Positions 21,888 through 31,316 of a stretch of 64,000 nt of DNA are shown piece after piece (within the stretch, counting starts at the first letter, position 1; each line of letters begins with the position of its first letter). The stretch spans positions 19,521 to 83,520 of the forward strand of contig PZKD01000125.1 of NCBI GenBank assembly GCA_003034855.1, read 5' to 3'. The position numbers and the translations under genes are program-made. The DNA comes from an archaeon SCG-AAA382B04 (lineage in GTDB: Archaea > Halobacteriota > Methanonatronarchaeia > Methanonatronarchaeales > Methanonatronarchaeaceae). The notes below the pieces were generated by a model that did not search any database, was not told the DNA's origin, and saw only the letters and a program-made list of their open reading frames with translations.

Positions 21888-23438
21888 TTATACACCGCTT
21901 CTTTCTATTTCTTCTACTCCATAGTCAAGGAGTAATTGTTTTACTCCTTCTTCTGGTGCTCCTTTTGTGAGTTCTACTGCCATTGCGTAGTTTTTAACCA
22001 ATCCACAGTTTGGTCCTTCTGGTGTTTCGCTTGGACAGATTCGTCCCCAGTGTGTGGGGTGGAGATCTCTTGCTTCGAAATGTGGTTGTGATCTGGATAG
22101 TGGAGACACTACTCTTCTTAGATGAGCTAGTGTTGCCATGTGGTCTGTTCTATCTAATAGTTGAGCTACTCCCGTTCTTCCTCCAACCCATTCTCCTGTT
22201 GCCATTGCTGATTGTAGTCTTTGGGTTAGTACATCAGGTCTTACTGCTGTTTTTACTCTTAGTTCCCTATTTCTTGTGTTAGCTCTTTCTAATTGGTATT
22301 TTATGTCTTTGGATAACCTATTGAAGCTTACTCTGAATAGGTCTTCCATTAAATCGCCTGAGAGTTTTAGTTTCTTATTTGCATAGTGGTCTTTATCATC
22401 TTCTTCTCTTCTTCCTAGTGCTAATTCGAAACATGATTCTGCCATTCTCCCTAAATAATGGGCTTTTAGTACCCTATCTTCCTCATCATTGCCTATGTGG
22501 GGTAAGAGGTAATGTTCTAGAACGTAGTTTGCTCTTCTTAATCTATATTCTTCAGCTTGACCTGCTGCTACTCTTTTTCCTATATGATCTATTGCTTCCT
22601 CTTGATCCTCAATTTCTGCTTCTTCTAGATTTTCCAACATAAATTTCATTATCTCGGGGTCATCCGAAACTGCATTTGAGATTTCTTGATCAGTTTCTAG
22701 GCCTAGTGCCCTCATCAGAGTTATAAAGTTTATTCTTCCGGATAATCCAGGAAATGATACTTCTAATATCCCTTCTCTTCCTCTTTCAACTATGATTAGG
22801 GCTCTGTATCCTTCTCTTTTTGAAAATGTTTTTGCTACCTCGATTTGGTCTCCATATCTGTCGTTGAATTCTACCATTATTCTATTGGGTGCGAGGTCTT
22901 CCAGTGTTACGAGAACTCTTTCTGAGCCATTTATTATAAAATACCCGCCAGGGTCTTTCGGATCTTCTCCATTTTTGATTAGCTCTTCTTTTTCTATGTT
23001 GTTTAGGTTACATGGTTTTGATCTTAGCATGATTGGAAGTTCTCCTATTTCTACCCATTCACCTGCTCCTTCTTCTTCATTCTTTACTGGAAACATTTCT
23101 AGTTCTATTGGAGCTGCATAAGTAAGGTTTCTTAATCTTGCTTCTGATGGTATTAATTTGTTAGTTGATCCATCTGCTTCTATTACACTAGGTTCTCCTA
23201 TTCTTAATTGTCCTAATTTTACTTCAAAACTCTCTATGCTTTCTTCTTCTTCAATATCTGTTTCTATTACTCCATGTTCATCTATTACTCTTTGAAGTCC
23301 TTTGTCAATGAAGTTGTTAAATGATTCTATGTGATGACTTGCTATTCCCTTCTCTTCTAAATATGCGTCAGTTAAAATAGATCTTTTCAAAATATGCCCC
23401 CATTTATTCTTTTCTATCAATAACGTATCTATAAACAA
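21888..23438 (-). CDS. rpoB2: DNA-directed RNA polymerase subunit B''
   Basis: 516 aa, the N-terminal half of RpoB. The track start overlaps rpoH by 35 nt. An in-frame TTG at 23390 (giving [15 protein letters not shown]), 14 nt after the rpoH stop, is an alternative start. Confidence 0.95.
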   Translation of the reverse strand: MFIDTLLIEKNKWGHILKRSILTDAYLEEKGIASHHIESFNNFIDKGLQRVIDEHGVIETDIEEEESIESFEVKLGQLRIGEPSVIEADGSTNKLIPSEARLRNLTYAAPIELEMFPVKNEEEGAGEWVEIGELPIMLRSKPCNLNNIEKEELIKNGEDPKDPGGYFIINGSERVLVTLEDLAPNRIMVEFNDRYGDQIEVAKTFSKREGYRALIIVERGREGILEVSFPGLSGRINFITLMRALGLETDQEISNAVSDDPEIMKFMLENLEEAEIEDQEEAIDHIGKRVAAGQAEEYRLRRANYVLEHYLLPHIGNDEEDRVLKAHYLGRMAESCFELALGRREEDDKDHYANKKLKLSGDLMEDLFRVSFNRLSKDIKYQLERANTRNRELRVKTAVRPDVLTQRLQSAMATGEWVGGRTGVAQLLDRTDHMATLAHLRRVVSPLSRSQPHFEARDLHPTHWGRICPSETPEGPNCGLVKNYAMAVELTKGAPEEGVKQLLLDYGVEEIERSGV

Positions 23439-23652
23439 TTGCTTTTCCAGCTGTTGAGCTCTCTCTTGTTATCTTTAAAACATCTCCAGGTTCTGCACCA
23501 ATTTCTTTAACAACAGGATCATTTCTTAGTATTTTTGGTAGATCGTCTAAATCGATGTTCTTCCGATCTATGAGTTCTTCTTTCTCATCTTCCGACATTA
23601 TTTCATGTTTTGGAACAGCCTCATGTTCCATAACTTCATACTCTTTGCTCAT
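23404..23652 (-). CDS. rpoH: DNA-directed RNA polymerase subunit H (Rpo5)
   Basis: 82 aa. HEAVPKHEI...LPKI...DPV...GAEPGDVLKITR is the RpoH signature. It is the first gene of the rpoHBA operon. Confidence 0.9.
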   Translation of the reverse strand: MSKEYEVMEHEAVPKHEIMSEDEKEELIDRKNIDLDDLPKILRNDPVVKEIGAEPGDVLKITRESSTAGKAIVYRYVIDRKE

Positions 23653-23678
23653 CTTATCCTCCTATATATTGCTCTAAA

Positions 23679-23752
23679 CGGGCTCGAGGGGATTTGAACC
23701 CCTGGCCGTCTGGTTAAAAGCCAGACGCTCTGCCAAGCTGAGCTACGAGCCC
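23679..23752 (-). tRNA. tRNA-Lys(UUU)
   Basis: Reverse complement reads GGGCTCG TA GCTC AGCTTGGCA GAGC G TCTGG CTTTTAA CCAGA CGGCC AGGGG TTCAAAT CCCCT CGAGCCC G, a clean cloverleaf. No CCA is encoded. Confidence 0.95.
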
Positions 23753-23988
23753 TATATTTTAAATTACATACCCTTAGCTTACTTCTGCATAATTCGGCAC
23801 AATTTTTTTGTAAAACGAGAGACTAGCATGCAAACCTTAGCTTTCGTTCTTTCCATTATTAAAACTTTTTACTAATTAAGTCTTTTCAATAATTTTTAGT
23901 TTATACTTTATGAATTTTTTTCTCTTTTTTCTATTTTTTATTGAACCATCCACAAAATTTTTATGTAGGTTATTGTGGTTTGATAGAA

Positions 23989-24017
23989 AACTAGAGGGTA
24001 TTTTACTACCTCTAGTT
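23989..24017. repeat. perfect 9-bp inverted repeat (aactagagg N11 cctctagtt) upstream of hypC
   Basis: Read directly from the sequence. It lies about 80 nt upstream of the hypC ATG, inside a 345-bp intergenic region. Confidence 0.5.
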
Positions 24018-24097
24018 CTATTGAAAAGTTAATAGGCATATAGGCATTAGTAATTTTAATTTACTTGTAACGAAATAATTGTTGTAGAGTTGAAAAA

Positions 24098-24322
24098 ATG
24101 TGTGTAGGTGTTCCTGGGAAGATTTTAGAAATAGAGGAAAATGAAGCAATTGTAGATTTTGAAGGAACCAAGCAAAAGGTTAGAGTTGACCTAATTGACA
24201 ATGTAGAGGAAGGAGATTACATCCTTAATCATGTCGGTCATGCAATTGAGGTTTTACCGGAAAAAGAAGCTAAAGAAAGATTGAAGTTATTTAGAGAATA
24301 CCTTGATTCCCTTGAGGAATAA
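24098..24322 (+). CDS. hypC: [NiFe] hydrogenase maturation chaperone HypC
   Basis: 74 aa. N-terminal MCVGVPG with the essential Cys2. Confidence 0.9.
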   Translation: MCVGVPGKILEIEENEAIVDFEGTKQKVRVDLIDNVEEGDYILNHVGHAIEVLPEKEAKERLKLFREYLDSLEE

Positions 24323-24326
24323 TTTG

Positions 24327-25394
24327 ATGGACAAAGAAAAACTTGCTGATAAATTTTCTAAAAAAATCAAAGAAATCACACCTAGCAGAGAAGTCCGAGC
24401 AATTCATATCTGTGGAACTCATGAGCAAGCTATAACCCAATATGGTTTGAGGTCTCTGTTGCCTGACAACTTTGATTTAACTATGGGTCCCGGATGCCCA
24501 GTTTGTGTAACACCTGCTAGGGAAGTAGATGAAGCTATTGAGCTAGCTAAGCAGGGGGTTACTATTGCTACTTTTGGTGATATGTTGAATGTTCCAGGAA
24601 GTGAAGAGAGCTTATCCGATGCCAGATCAGAAGGAGCTGATGTTAGAGTTGTATATAGTATTAACGAAGCACTTAAAATCGCTAAGGACGTAGAAGAACT
24701 AGTTTTCTTCGGAATCGGATTCGAAACCACAGCACCAACTAATGCAGCTATTTTAAAATCCAATCCTCCTGAAAATTTCTATATTCTATCTTCCCACAGA
24801 TTAATTCCCCCAGCAATGGAATTATTGGTTGATATGGATGTTAACTTCGATGGCTTCATTGCACCGGGTCATGTTTCTACAATAATTGGTAAGGAACCTT
24901 ACGAGGTTTTTGCCAATAAATATGATGTGCCTACTATTATAACTGGTTTTGAGCCTCTTGACATTTTATTTGGTGTGCTCAAATTTTTTGAGCAAATAGA
25001 TAGTGGTGAAACTAAAGTTGAAAATGCCTATGAAAGAGCAGTTCGAGATAAGGGCAACCAGAAAGCTCAAAAAATGATGACTGAGGTTTTTGAAGTATTT
25101 GATGCAAAATGGAGAGGTATTGGCGAAATACCTAATTCAGGATTGAAACTAAGTGATGAATTTAGAGAGTTCGATGCTAGAGAGAACTTTGAAATTGAAC
25201 TTGGAGAAAGTAGGGATATACATCCTGGTTGTAAATGTCATTTAATTCTAACTGCGAGAGGGACTCCAGAAGATTGTGGGCTTTTTGGTGATGAATGTAC
25301 TCCTCAAGACCCTCATGGTCCTTGCATGGTTAGTGATGAAGGCGAATGTAACATTTGGTTTAGGTATGGTAGAAGACCCAAAATGGATATCTAA
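24327..25394 (+). CDS. hypD: [NiFe] hydrogenase maturation protein HypD
   Basis: GPGCPVCV and PGHVS motifs. I prefer the ATG at 24327 (preceded by gaggaa) over the track's TTG at 24303, which overlaps hypC. Confidence 0.9.
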   Translation: MDKEKLADKFSKKIKEITPSREVRAIHICGTHEQAITQYGLRSLLPDNFDLTMGPGCPVCVTPAREVDEAIELAKQGVTIATFGDMLNVPGSEESLSDARSEGADVRVVYSINEALKIAKDVEELVFFGIGFETTAPTNAAILKSNPPENFYILSSHRLIPPAMELLVDMDVNFDGFIAPGHVSTIIGKEPYEVFANKYDVPTIITGFEPLDILFGVLKFFEQIDSGETKVENAYERAVRDKGNQKAQKMMTEVFEVFDAKWRGIGEIPNSGLKLSDEFREFDARENFEIELGESRDIHPGCKCHLILTARGTPEDCGLFGDECTPQDPHGPCMVSDEGECNIWFRYGRRPKMDI

Positions 25395-25397
25395 TTT

Positions 25398-25778
25398 ATG
25401 CATGAATTTAGTATTTCTAAGGAAATAGCTATGAAGGTTAAAAAAGTTGCTCAACAAAAAGATGCAGATCATGTTAATAAAATTAATTTAAGAATTGGTA
25501 AATTATCACATTTAAATGTAGATCAACTTGAATATTGCTTTAAGACTATTGCTAAGGGGGATGAGTTGTTAGATAAAACCAAATTAAATATAGAAGAAAA
25601 AAATATTGAAGTAGAATGTAGTTGTGGCTATGAAGGACAAGTTGGGGATGAAATTAAAAAATTGTCCTCTTTAGCTAATCATTTGAAATGCCCTAGTTGT
25701 GGGAATTTAAATCCATCCATAAAAAAAGGTAAGGAAATTTTTGTCAAAGACATAAAAATTGTGAGGGAAGATGAATGA
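25398..25778 (+). CDS. hypA: hydrogenase nickel-insertion protein HypA
   Basis: 126 aa. N-terminal MHE Ni-binding motif and zinc site CSCG...CPSCG. Confidence 0.85.
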   Translation: MHEFSISKEIAMKVKKVAQQKDADHVNKINLRIGKLSHLNVDQLEYCFKTIAKGDELLDKTKLNIEEKNIEVECSCGYEGQVGDEIKKLSSLANHLKCPSCGNLNPSIKKGKEIFVKDIKIVREDE

Positions 25779-26794
25779 AAGAGGACATTATTAAAATGGA
25801 GCATGGTGCTGGTGGAGAATTGATGGAGGGTTTAATCAATAGTAGTATTCTCGATAATCTTAGAAATAATTCTGCGGGGGGAATCGGACTTGAAGAGTTG
25901 GATGATGGAGGTACAATTCCTCTTGGAGATAGACACCTCGTCTTTACAACGGATAGTCATGTTGTTAAACCACTTTTCTTCCCTGGAGGAAATATAGGTA
26001 AGTTGGCTGTTTCGGGAACTATTAATGATTTATCTGTAATGGGTGCTAAACCACTTGCTCTGACTTGTAGTCTAGTTATCGAAGAGGGTTTTAGTGTTGA
26101 AAAATTAGATGAGATCATTTCCTCTATGAATGAAGTTTCTGAAAATTCTGATGTTCCAATTATAACAGGGGATACTAAGGTTTTAGCAAAAGAGGAACTT
26201 GATGATGTTGTTATTAATACTGCTGGAATTGGGATAACTAAGCAACCTATTAGTGATTGCAATTTGAAAGAAGGAGATAAGTTAGTTTTGAATGGCTCTA
26301 TTGGAGATCATGGATTATCTATAATGTCTTTCAGAGAAGGTTTTACTTTTGAGTCTAATTTAGAGTCGGACGTTCAGCCTCTCAATAAATTGATAAGAGA
26401 ATGCTTAGATACTGGTGGAGTTAGAGCGATGAAGGATCCCACTAGAGGAGGACTTGCTAACACTTTAAACGAGATGGCATCGAAATCTGATAAAGGAATA
26501 TTGATTGAAGAAGAAAAAATTCCAATTAATAAAGGAGTTAGATCTGCAGGTGACATCTTAGGGATAGATCCTTTAGAAGTTGCTAATGAGGGAAAAGTTG
26601 TTATGGTAATAGAGAATGGTTTTGAGGATGAGATAATTGAGATAATGAATAATTATTGCTCTAATAACTGTGAACCTGCTGTTATTGGAGAAGTTATTGA
26701 TGAAGAGAAAGGAAATGTAGTTTTAAAAACAGAAGTTGGTGGAAAGAGGTATGTGGAAGCCCCTGTGGGCGATCCTGTTCCTAGAGTATGTTGA
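25775..26794 (+). CDS. hypE: hydrogenase maturation protein HypE
   Basis: 339 aa, AIR-synthase-like fold sequence. C-terminal PRVC with the terminal Cys typical of HypE. Confidence 0.9.
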   Translation: MKEDIIKMEHGAGGELMEGLINSSILDNLRNNSAGGIGLEELDDGGTIPLGDRHLVFTTDSHVVKPLFFPGGNIGKLAVSGTINDLSVMGAKPLALTCSLVIEEGFSVEKLDEIISSMNEVSENSDVPIITGDTKVLAKEELDDVVINTAGIGITKQPISDCNLKEGDKLVLNGSIGDHGLSIMSFREGFTFESNLESDVQPLNKLIRECLDTGGVRAMKDPTRGGLANTLNEMASKSDKGILIEEEKIPINKGVRSAGDILGIDPLEVANEGKVVMVIENGFEDEIIEIMNNYCSNNCEPAVIGEVIDEEKGNVVLKTEVGGKRYVEAPVGDPVPRVC

Positions 26795-26843
26795 TTTCTC
26801 CTCTTTAGATTCTGCCGGAATCCTAAAAATGGCTGATATTTTC

Positions 26844-28145
26844 CTATGATAATTCTTTTTTGCTAATTATCTCTACGTCAGTGGGTTTTTTTGCTATGCT
26901 TCCTTTTTTTATTCCTACCAATCTTTTGACATTGTTATCTGATGATACGTCTAGTAATCGTTGTGTTGTTACTCCATCAAAGATTATGGTGTGGATGGTG
27001 TTTTTGCTTTTTTTTATTCTATTGGTAAGTTCTCTTACTGGTATTTCTTCGATTTCTTCTTTGTTTTTGTCTAATAGCTTGGCTTTTAATGTGCCTTCTA
27101 GTTCATTCAGATATTTTTGATAATCCTTTTGTTTTTTTTGTGTTTCTGTTGACTCTGTTTTTTGTTGATCTTTTTCTTGAGTTTCTTCTGTATCTTTGGA
27201 AGGTTCAGGTTTTTGTTTTTTCGATACTCTTCTTTTTAATCCTTTTTTGGCTTTTTGAAGAATCTTGCTCTTCTCTTTGTTTGATTCAGCAGTTTTTACT
27301 CTTTGTTTTTCTGTTTTTTGGTTCCTTTTCTTTATCTCTTCAGATTTTTCAACGGGAACTTTTTCTTTCAGTAATCTTTTTATTTCTTCGTGATTTAGTT
27401 CTTCTACTTGCTTTCCCTCTGGTGCTCTAGCAACATTATCTATGTCTGCTCTTTGTGTGAGTTCTTTTAGTATTAAGTCTCCTCCTCTATCTCCATCCAA
27501 AAATGCGGTTACTTTTTTTTGTTTGCAGAGTTCTTCTATTTGATCTGGCATGTCTGTTCCTTCAATGGCTATAGAGTTTTTTATTCCATTATCTAAGAGG
27601 TTTAGGACATCTGATCTTCCTTCAACTAAAAGGATAGCGTCTGAGCTTTCTACGTTGGGTCCTGCGTTTAGTCCTTTGTGTGAGGTTATTGCGCTTTCAC
27701 CGAAGGATCTCTTAACGGTCTTTGAGATTTCTCTACTATCCATGTCATCTTCAGCAAACATGTTTTCCAGTATCTCTTTTGCTCTATCAACGATTTTGTC
27801 TCTTTTACTTTCTCTTACGTCTTCTACATCTGTTACCCCTATGTTTGCCTTACATGGCCCTATCCTGTCTATTGTTTCTAGTGATGCTGCTAAAACTGCT
27901 GTTTCTACTTTGTTTAGGCTTGAGGGAATTAGTACTTCACCTTTCGATTGTCCATTGTCAGAGTCAATATTAACTTTTATTCTTCCAACTCTTCCGCCTT
28001 TTTGTAGTTCTCTTAGGTCTGATTTTTCACCTATTAATCCCTCTGTTTGGCCAAAAATAGCACCTACTACATCTGGTTTTTCTACTACTCCATTTGCTTG
28101 AATTTGAGCATGAATTAAATATTTTGCTTCTCCATGATTCTGCAT
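26844..28145 (-). CDS. dnaG: archaeal DnaG-like primase (Toprim domain) with a K/E-rich insertion
   Basis: 433 aa. N-terminus YLIHAQIQANGVVEKPDVVGAIFGQTEGL, Toprim motifs LLVEGRSD and DGDRGGDLI. Confidence 0.85.
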   Translation of the reverse strand: MQNHGEAKYLIHAQIQANGVVEKPDVVGAIFGQTEGLIGEKSDLRELQKGGRVGRIKVNIDSDNGQSKGEVLIPSSLNKVETAVLAASLETIDRIGPCKANIGVTDVEDVRESKRDKIVDRAKEILENMFAEDDMDSREISKTVKRSFGESAITSHKGLNAGPNVESSDAILLVEGRSDVLNLLDNGIKNSIAIEGTDMPDQIEELCKQKKVTAFLDGDRGGDLILKELTQRADIDNVARAPEGKQVEELNHEEIKRLLKEKVPVEKSEEIKKRNQKTEKQRVKTAESNKEKSKILQKAKKGLKRRVSKKQKPEPSKDTEETQEKDQQKTESTETQKKQKDYQKYLNELEGTLKAKLLDKNKEEIEEIPVRELTNRIKKSKNTIHTIIFDGVTTQRLLDVSSDNNVKRLVGIKKGSIAKKPTDVEIISKKELS

Positions 28146-28322
28146 AAATAAACCTCCCTATGGTGGGAATTAATGATTTAATTAATTTAGAACAAAAACT
28201 CCTAAATGAGGAATTTTTTCGTAAAGATAAAGATTTATTAAACATAAATATAGCTCCCACTTTTGCGTTATCTACTTTACTCTAAATTATTATAAAATAT
28301 TTGATTAGTTTTGTTAATGTCT

Positions 28323-28793
28323 TTAGTTTTTAGAAAAATCTTTTTCTATCTCATCAAATATCCTTTGCTTTACTTCAGGAATAGCTTGTTTTACTTTCTC
28401 ACTCAAATCCATTGACAGTTCTCTACCCTTCAAATCACCTATCTCTACTCCTATAACTTTTATTTCAGGATCTATTCCTAACTCTTGTCCAATCTGTAAT
28501 GCATCAATGAAGTCTATGTCGTGTGCACTTAAACTGAGATTTTCATATTCTGGTACTTTTTCTCCATCTAATTCTATTACTTCACCTACTTCTTCTCCTA
28601 GATTCAAGGCATCGATTACTATTATTTTTTCTTTTTGTTCCATAAAATTTAGTATATTCAGTCCAGCTGTTCCTCCATCAATAACCTCTATTTCTTTAGG
28701 TATATCTTGCTCTATTTCTCGGATTACTTGTATACCTATGCCGTCATCTCCTTTTATTAAGTTGCCTAATCCTATGATTGCTACTTCACTCAT
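28323..28793 (-). CDS. hydrogenase maturation endopeptidase (HyaD/HybD/VhtD family)
   Basis: 156 aa. IGLGNLIKGDDGIGIQV motif. It is the last gene of the hydrogenase operon. Confidence 0.85.
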   Translation of the reverse strand: MSEVAIIGLGNLIKGDDGIGIQVIREIEQDIPKEIEVIDGGTAGLNILNFMEQKEKIIVIDALNLGEEVGEVIELDGEKVPEYENLSLSAHDIDFIDALQIGQELGIDPEIKVIGVEIGDLKGRELSMDLSEKVKQAIPEVKQRIFDEIEKDFSKN

Positions 28794-28851
28794 TTTTTAA
28801 TCAAAATAGGTTTTTAGAAAAATAAAATAAAAAAAGAAAAGATTAGATTTT

Positions 28852-29595
28852 TCAATCCTCTTTCTTTACTTTGGTGTATGCAGTTTTGGATGGATTTTCT
28901 TTTCCTTTGTAGAACATGGCTTTTGAGTATTCCCAAGCATTTGGATCTGCTAGATTTATCCATGCGTGGAATATTACCTCAAATACGAAGTAATATGCTG
29001 CTAATACATGGAGTGCTCTATTTACTACTAGCCAATTGGCTTGAGGAGCGAAGAATTGTATTATGTTCTTGGTGATGGAGTTGATTATTTCGACTATCCA
29101 AGAGAGTTGCCCAAAGTGACCTGCTTGATTCCATAGTACAAATCCTGTGAGGAAGATTATGAGGATAAAAATTCCCTCTATCATTATGAATGGTTTCCAG
29201 AATGGTGCGTGTTTTGTTTGATGTTTTTCCTTTTCTTCGTTATAGATGCTGAAGGGTTCGTATTCTGAAAGCCCTACATAACTGAGTATGGTTTTCTTCA
29301 TTCTACGTAAGTCGCTGCGTGTTATGAAATACATTCCAGCTTCGCCTTCAAAAACCAAGTTTAGTATATTGTATACTAGTACTATCCAGGCAAATAGTAG
29401 AACTACAGCAAACCAAGTGTGTAGTTCTCTAGCAAAGGCCCTTGTTGGAAATAGCCAATCAAGATAGGTTCCACCATAATGTATGTAAAACCCAGTGAGT
29501 ATTAATAAGATCACTGAGATTAAGTGGAACCAGTGTTGAACCATTTCGTTTATTTTGTATCTCTCTATCAACCCCTCGTCTTCACCCATTAGCAT
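28852..29595 (-). CDS. Ni/Fe-hydrogenase b-type cytochrome subunit (HyaC/VhtC-like)
   Basis: 247 aa, four predicted TM helices with conserved His residues (QHWFHL, HTWF, HVLAAYY..HAW). Lies immediately after the large subunit gene. Confidence 0.7.
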   Translation of the reverse strand: MLMGEDEGLIERYKINEMVQHWFHLISVILLILTGFYIHYGGTYLDWLFPTRAFARELHTWFAVVLLFAWIVLVYNILNLVFEGEAGMYFITRSDLRRMKKTILSYVGLSEYEPFSIYNEEKEKHQTKHAPFWKPFIMIEGIFILIIFLTGFVLWNQAGHFGQLSWIVEIINSITKNIIQFFAPQANWLVVNRALHVLAAYYFVFEVIFHAWINLADPNAWEYSKAMFYKGKENPSKTAYTKVKKED

Positions 29596-31313
29596 CTCCT
29601 CGTTTCAAATTTGTTCTTTTCACCATTTGGTCCAATTGTGTGACATGCACAAGCTATACATGGATCAAAAGATCTAATTGTGTGGAATATTTGAACTGGG
29701 TTTTCGGCTGTCTCAGGTAAACTACCATTTTTTGGTCCAATGCTATTTACTGCTTGTTCGTATGGCCCCATCTTTCCATCTGCTCCTCGTGGGGACATAT
29801 TCCAAGTTGTTGGAACAACTGCTTGGTATTTATCTATGTTTCCATCGCTATCTGTGCTTGCGTAGTGTAGTAATGCTCCTCTTGGTGGTTCCCACATTCC
29901 TAGTCCCTCACTGTTCTTACCTGCTTCCCAATCAGGTTCGTTGTAGAAGTTTCCGCTTTGATCTATCATTGTTACCCATTCCAAGACCTTGGGAACTAAT
30001 ACCATTAGGTTTTGGAATCTTGCTACTTCTCTTGTGAAGGTGTTTACTGGACTTAAGCCCAATTCATGTAATCTTAGTGCTATTGCTGGAACTAGGCCAG
30101 TTGGGTCATCTATTACCATCCTTGCTAGGGGTCCTACTTCTGCGGGTCTTCCATTGTATCGTGGTGCTTTTGACCATGTGTATTTTTTATCTGCTTGATA
30201 TGTTTCGAAGTCTTCATCAGTTAGATCTGTTAGTGGTTTTGTGCTTTCTGATGATGGATGGCCTCCTGTGCCATCTTCATAGAATGAGTTTTTTACATCC
30301 TCTCTTATTTGGGATGTATCTACTGGATCTGGTTCTGTAATTGTAGCTGGGTCTTGTAAGTCAACTACTCCTGGTGAAAGATATGGTTCATCATTCCATT
30401 CTTCCCAGCAACCGTAACTTAATAATAAGTCATTAGTAATTCCGTATCTATGCATCCTTAGATTTGGTCCTCCTTGAAGAGCGTTTAGAGCACCATATTT
30501 TAATAGTAGAGGCACATCTCCAAGTCCTGAGATTCCATTTTGGTCTTCTATTCCATTAATCCATTCCAGGATGTCCGCTAGTGGAGTGGAACTGCCGGCC
30601 CATTCTTCTGCTAGATCAAACCAAGCTGTGTATGGGATGGGGTTGTTTGGTCTTCCCAATGCAACTTTTTCTACGAAATCAACAGCTCTTTGCCAAACAC
30701 TGGCAAATTTAGAAACATCTGCTTCTTTTGGTACATAACTTATTCCACCTGGCTGGAATGTTCTTGGATGTGGAGACATTCCGTTTATTATTCCTGGTAC
30801 CTTTGCTACTTCTTTTCTTGTTTGAACAGCTTTTAGATAAGACTCTCCTGGTCCATTTGGGTCATTTATTGCTGCAAATCTATTTACTAATTCTTTTCTC
30901 AGTCCTGAGAATGGTGCTAATATTCCATCATCTGGATCTGTGTATAGTGGATTGGCTAGATCCGGTAGCCATAATGCATAGATTATTTCTGCATGATCTT
31001 CTATTGCTTGAGCTCCATTTGCTATATTTCGCATTAAACGTCCTTGTTTTGGCGGTTCGACATCATATAGTTCTTCTAATGCTCTTGTTGAGGTTGTGGC
31101 ATGTGCAAGGTAGCATACTCCACAGAATCTGCTAGAGATATGGATTGCGTCAGTTGGTTCATGGCCTTTGATAATGTTTTCGAAATTTCTGAATAATGTT
31201 CCAACACTGTATGGTGAACCATCTACTACATTTCCATCTTCATCTATTTCTGCTCTTACTTTTAGATGTCCTTCTATTCTTGTTAAAGGATCAACTACAA
31301 CTTCTTTTGACAT
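29589..31313 (-). CDS. [NiFe] hydrogenase large subunit (group 1, membrane-bound type)
   Basis: 574 aa. RIEGHL, N-terminal RFCGVC, C-terminal DPCIACACH followed by a 16-aa tail of the kind removed by the endopeptidase. Confidence 0.95.
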   Translation of the reverse strand: MSKEVVVDPLTRIEGHLKVRAEIDEDGNVVDGSPYSVGTLFRNFENIIKGHEPTDAIHISSRFCGVCYLAHATTSTRALEELYDVEPPKQGRLMRNIANGAQAIEDHAEIIYALWLPDLANPLYTDPDDGILAPFSGLRKELVNRFAAINDPNGPGESYLKAVQTRKEVAKVPGIINGMSPHPRTFQPGGISYVPKEADVSKFASVWQRAVDFVEKVALGRPNNPIPYTAWFDLAEEWAGSSTPLADILEWINGIEDQNGISGLGDVPLLLKYGALNALQGGPNLRMHRYGITNDLLLSYGCWEEWNDEPYLSPGVVDLQDPATITEPDPVDTSQIREDVKNSFYEDGTGGHPSSESTKPLTDLTDEDFETYQADKKYTWSKAPRYNGRPAEVGPLARMVIDDPTGLVPAIALRLHELGLSPVNTFTREVARFQNLMVLVPKVLEWVTMIDQSGNFYNEPDWEAGKNSEGLGMWEPPRGALLHYASTDSDGNIDKYQAVVPTTWNMSPRGADGKMGPYEQAVNSIGPKNGSLPETAENPVQIFHTIRSFDPCIACACHTIGPNGEKNKFETRRC

Positions 31314-31316
31314 AAT

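Noticed and set aside
24303-24326. The TTG start for hypD given by the track.
   Set aside because: It overlaps hypC by 20 nt and adds MIPLRNNL. The ATG at 24327 is preceded by a gaggaa SD and gives a typical HypD N-terminus.
28027-28260. The 77-aa ORF on the minus strand overlapping the dnaG start and upstream region. The same reasoning applies to 25248..25472 and 33669..33851.
   Set aside because: They overlap confident genes in another frame or strand. Their composition is atypical, and they have no RBS or motif support.
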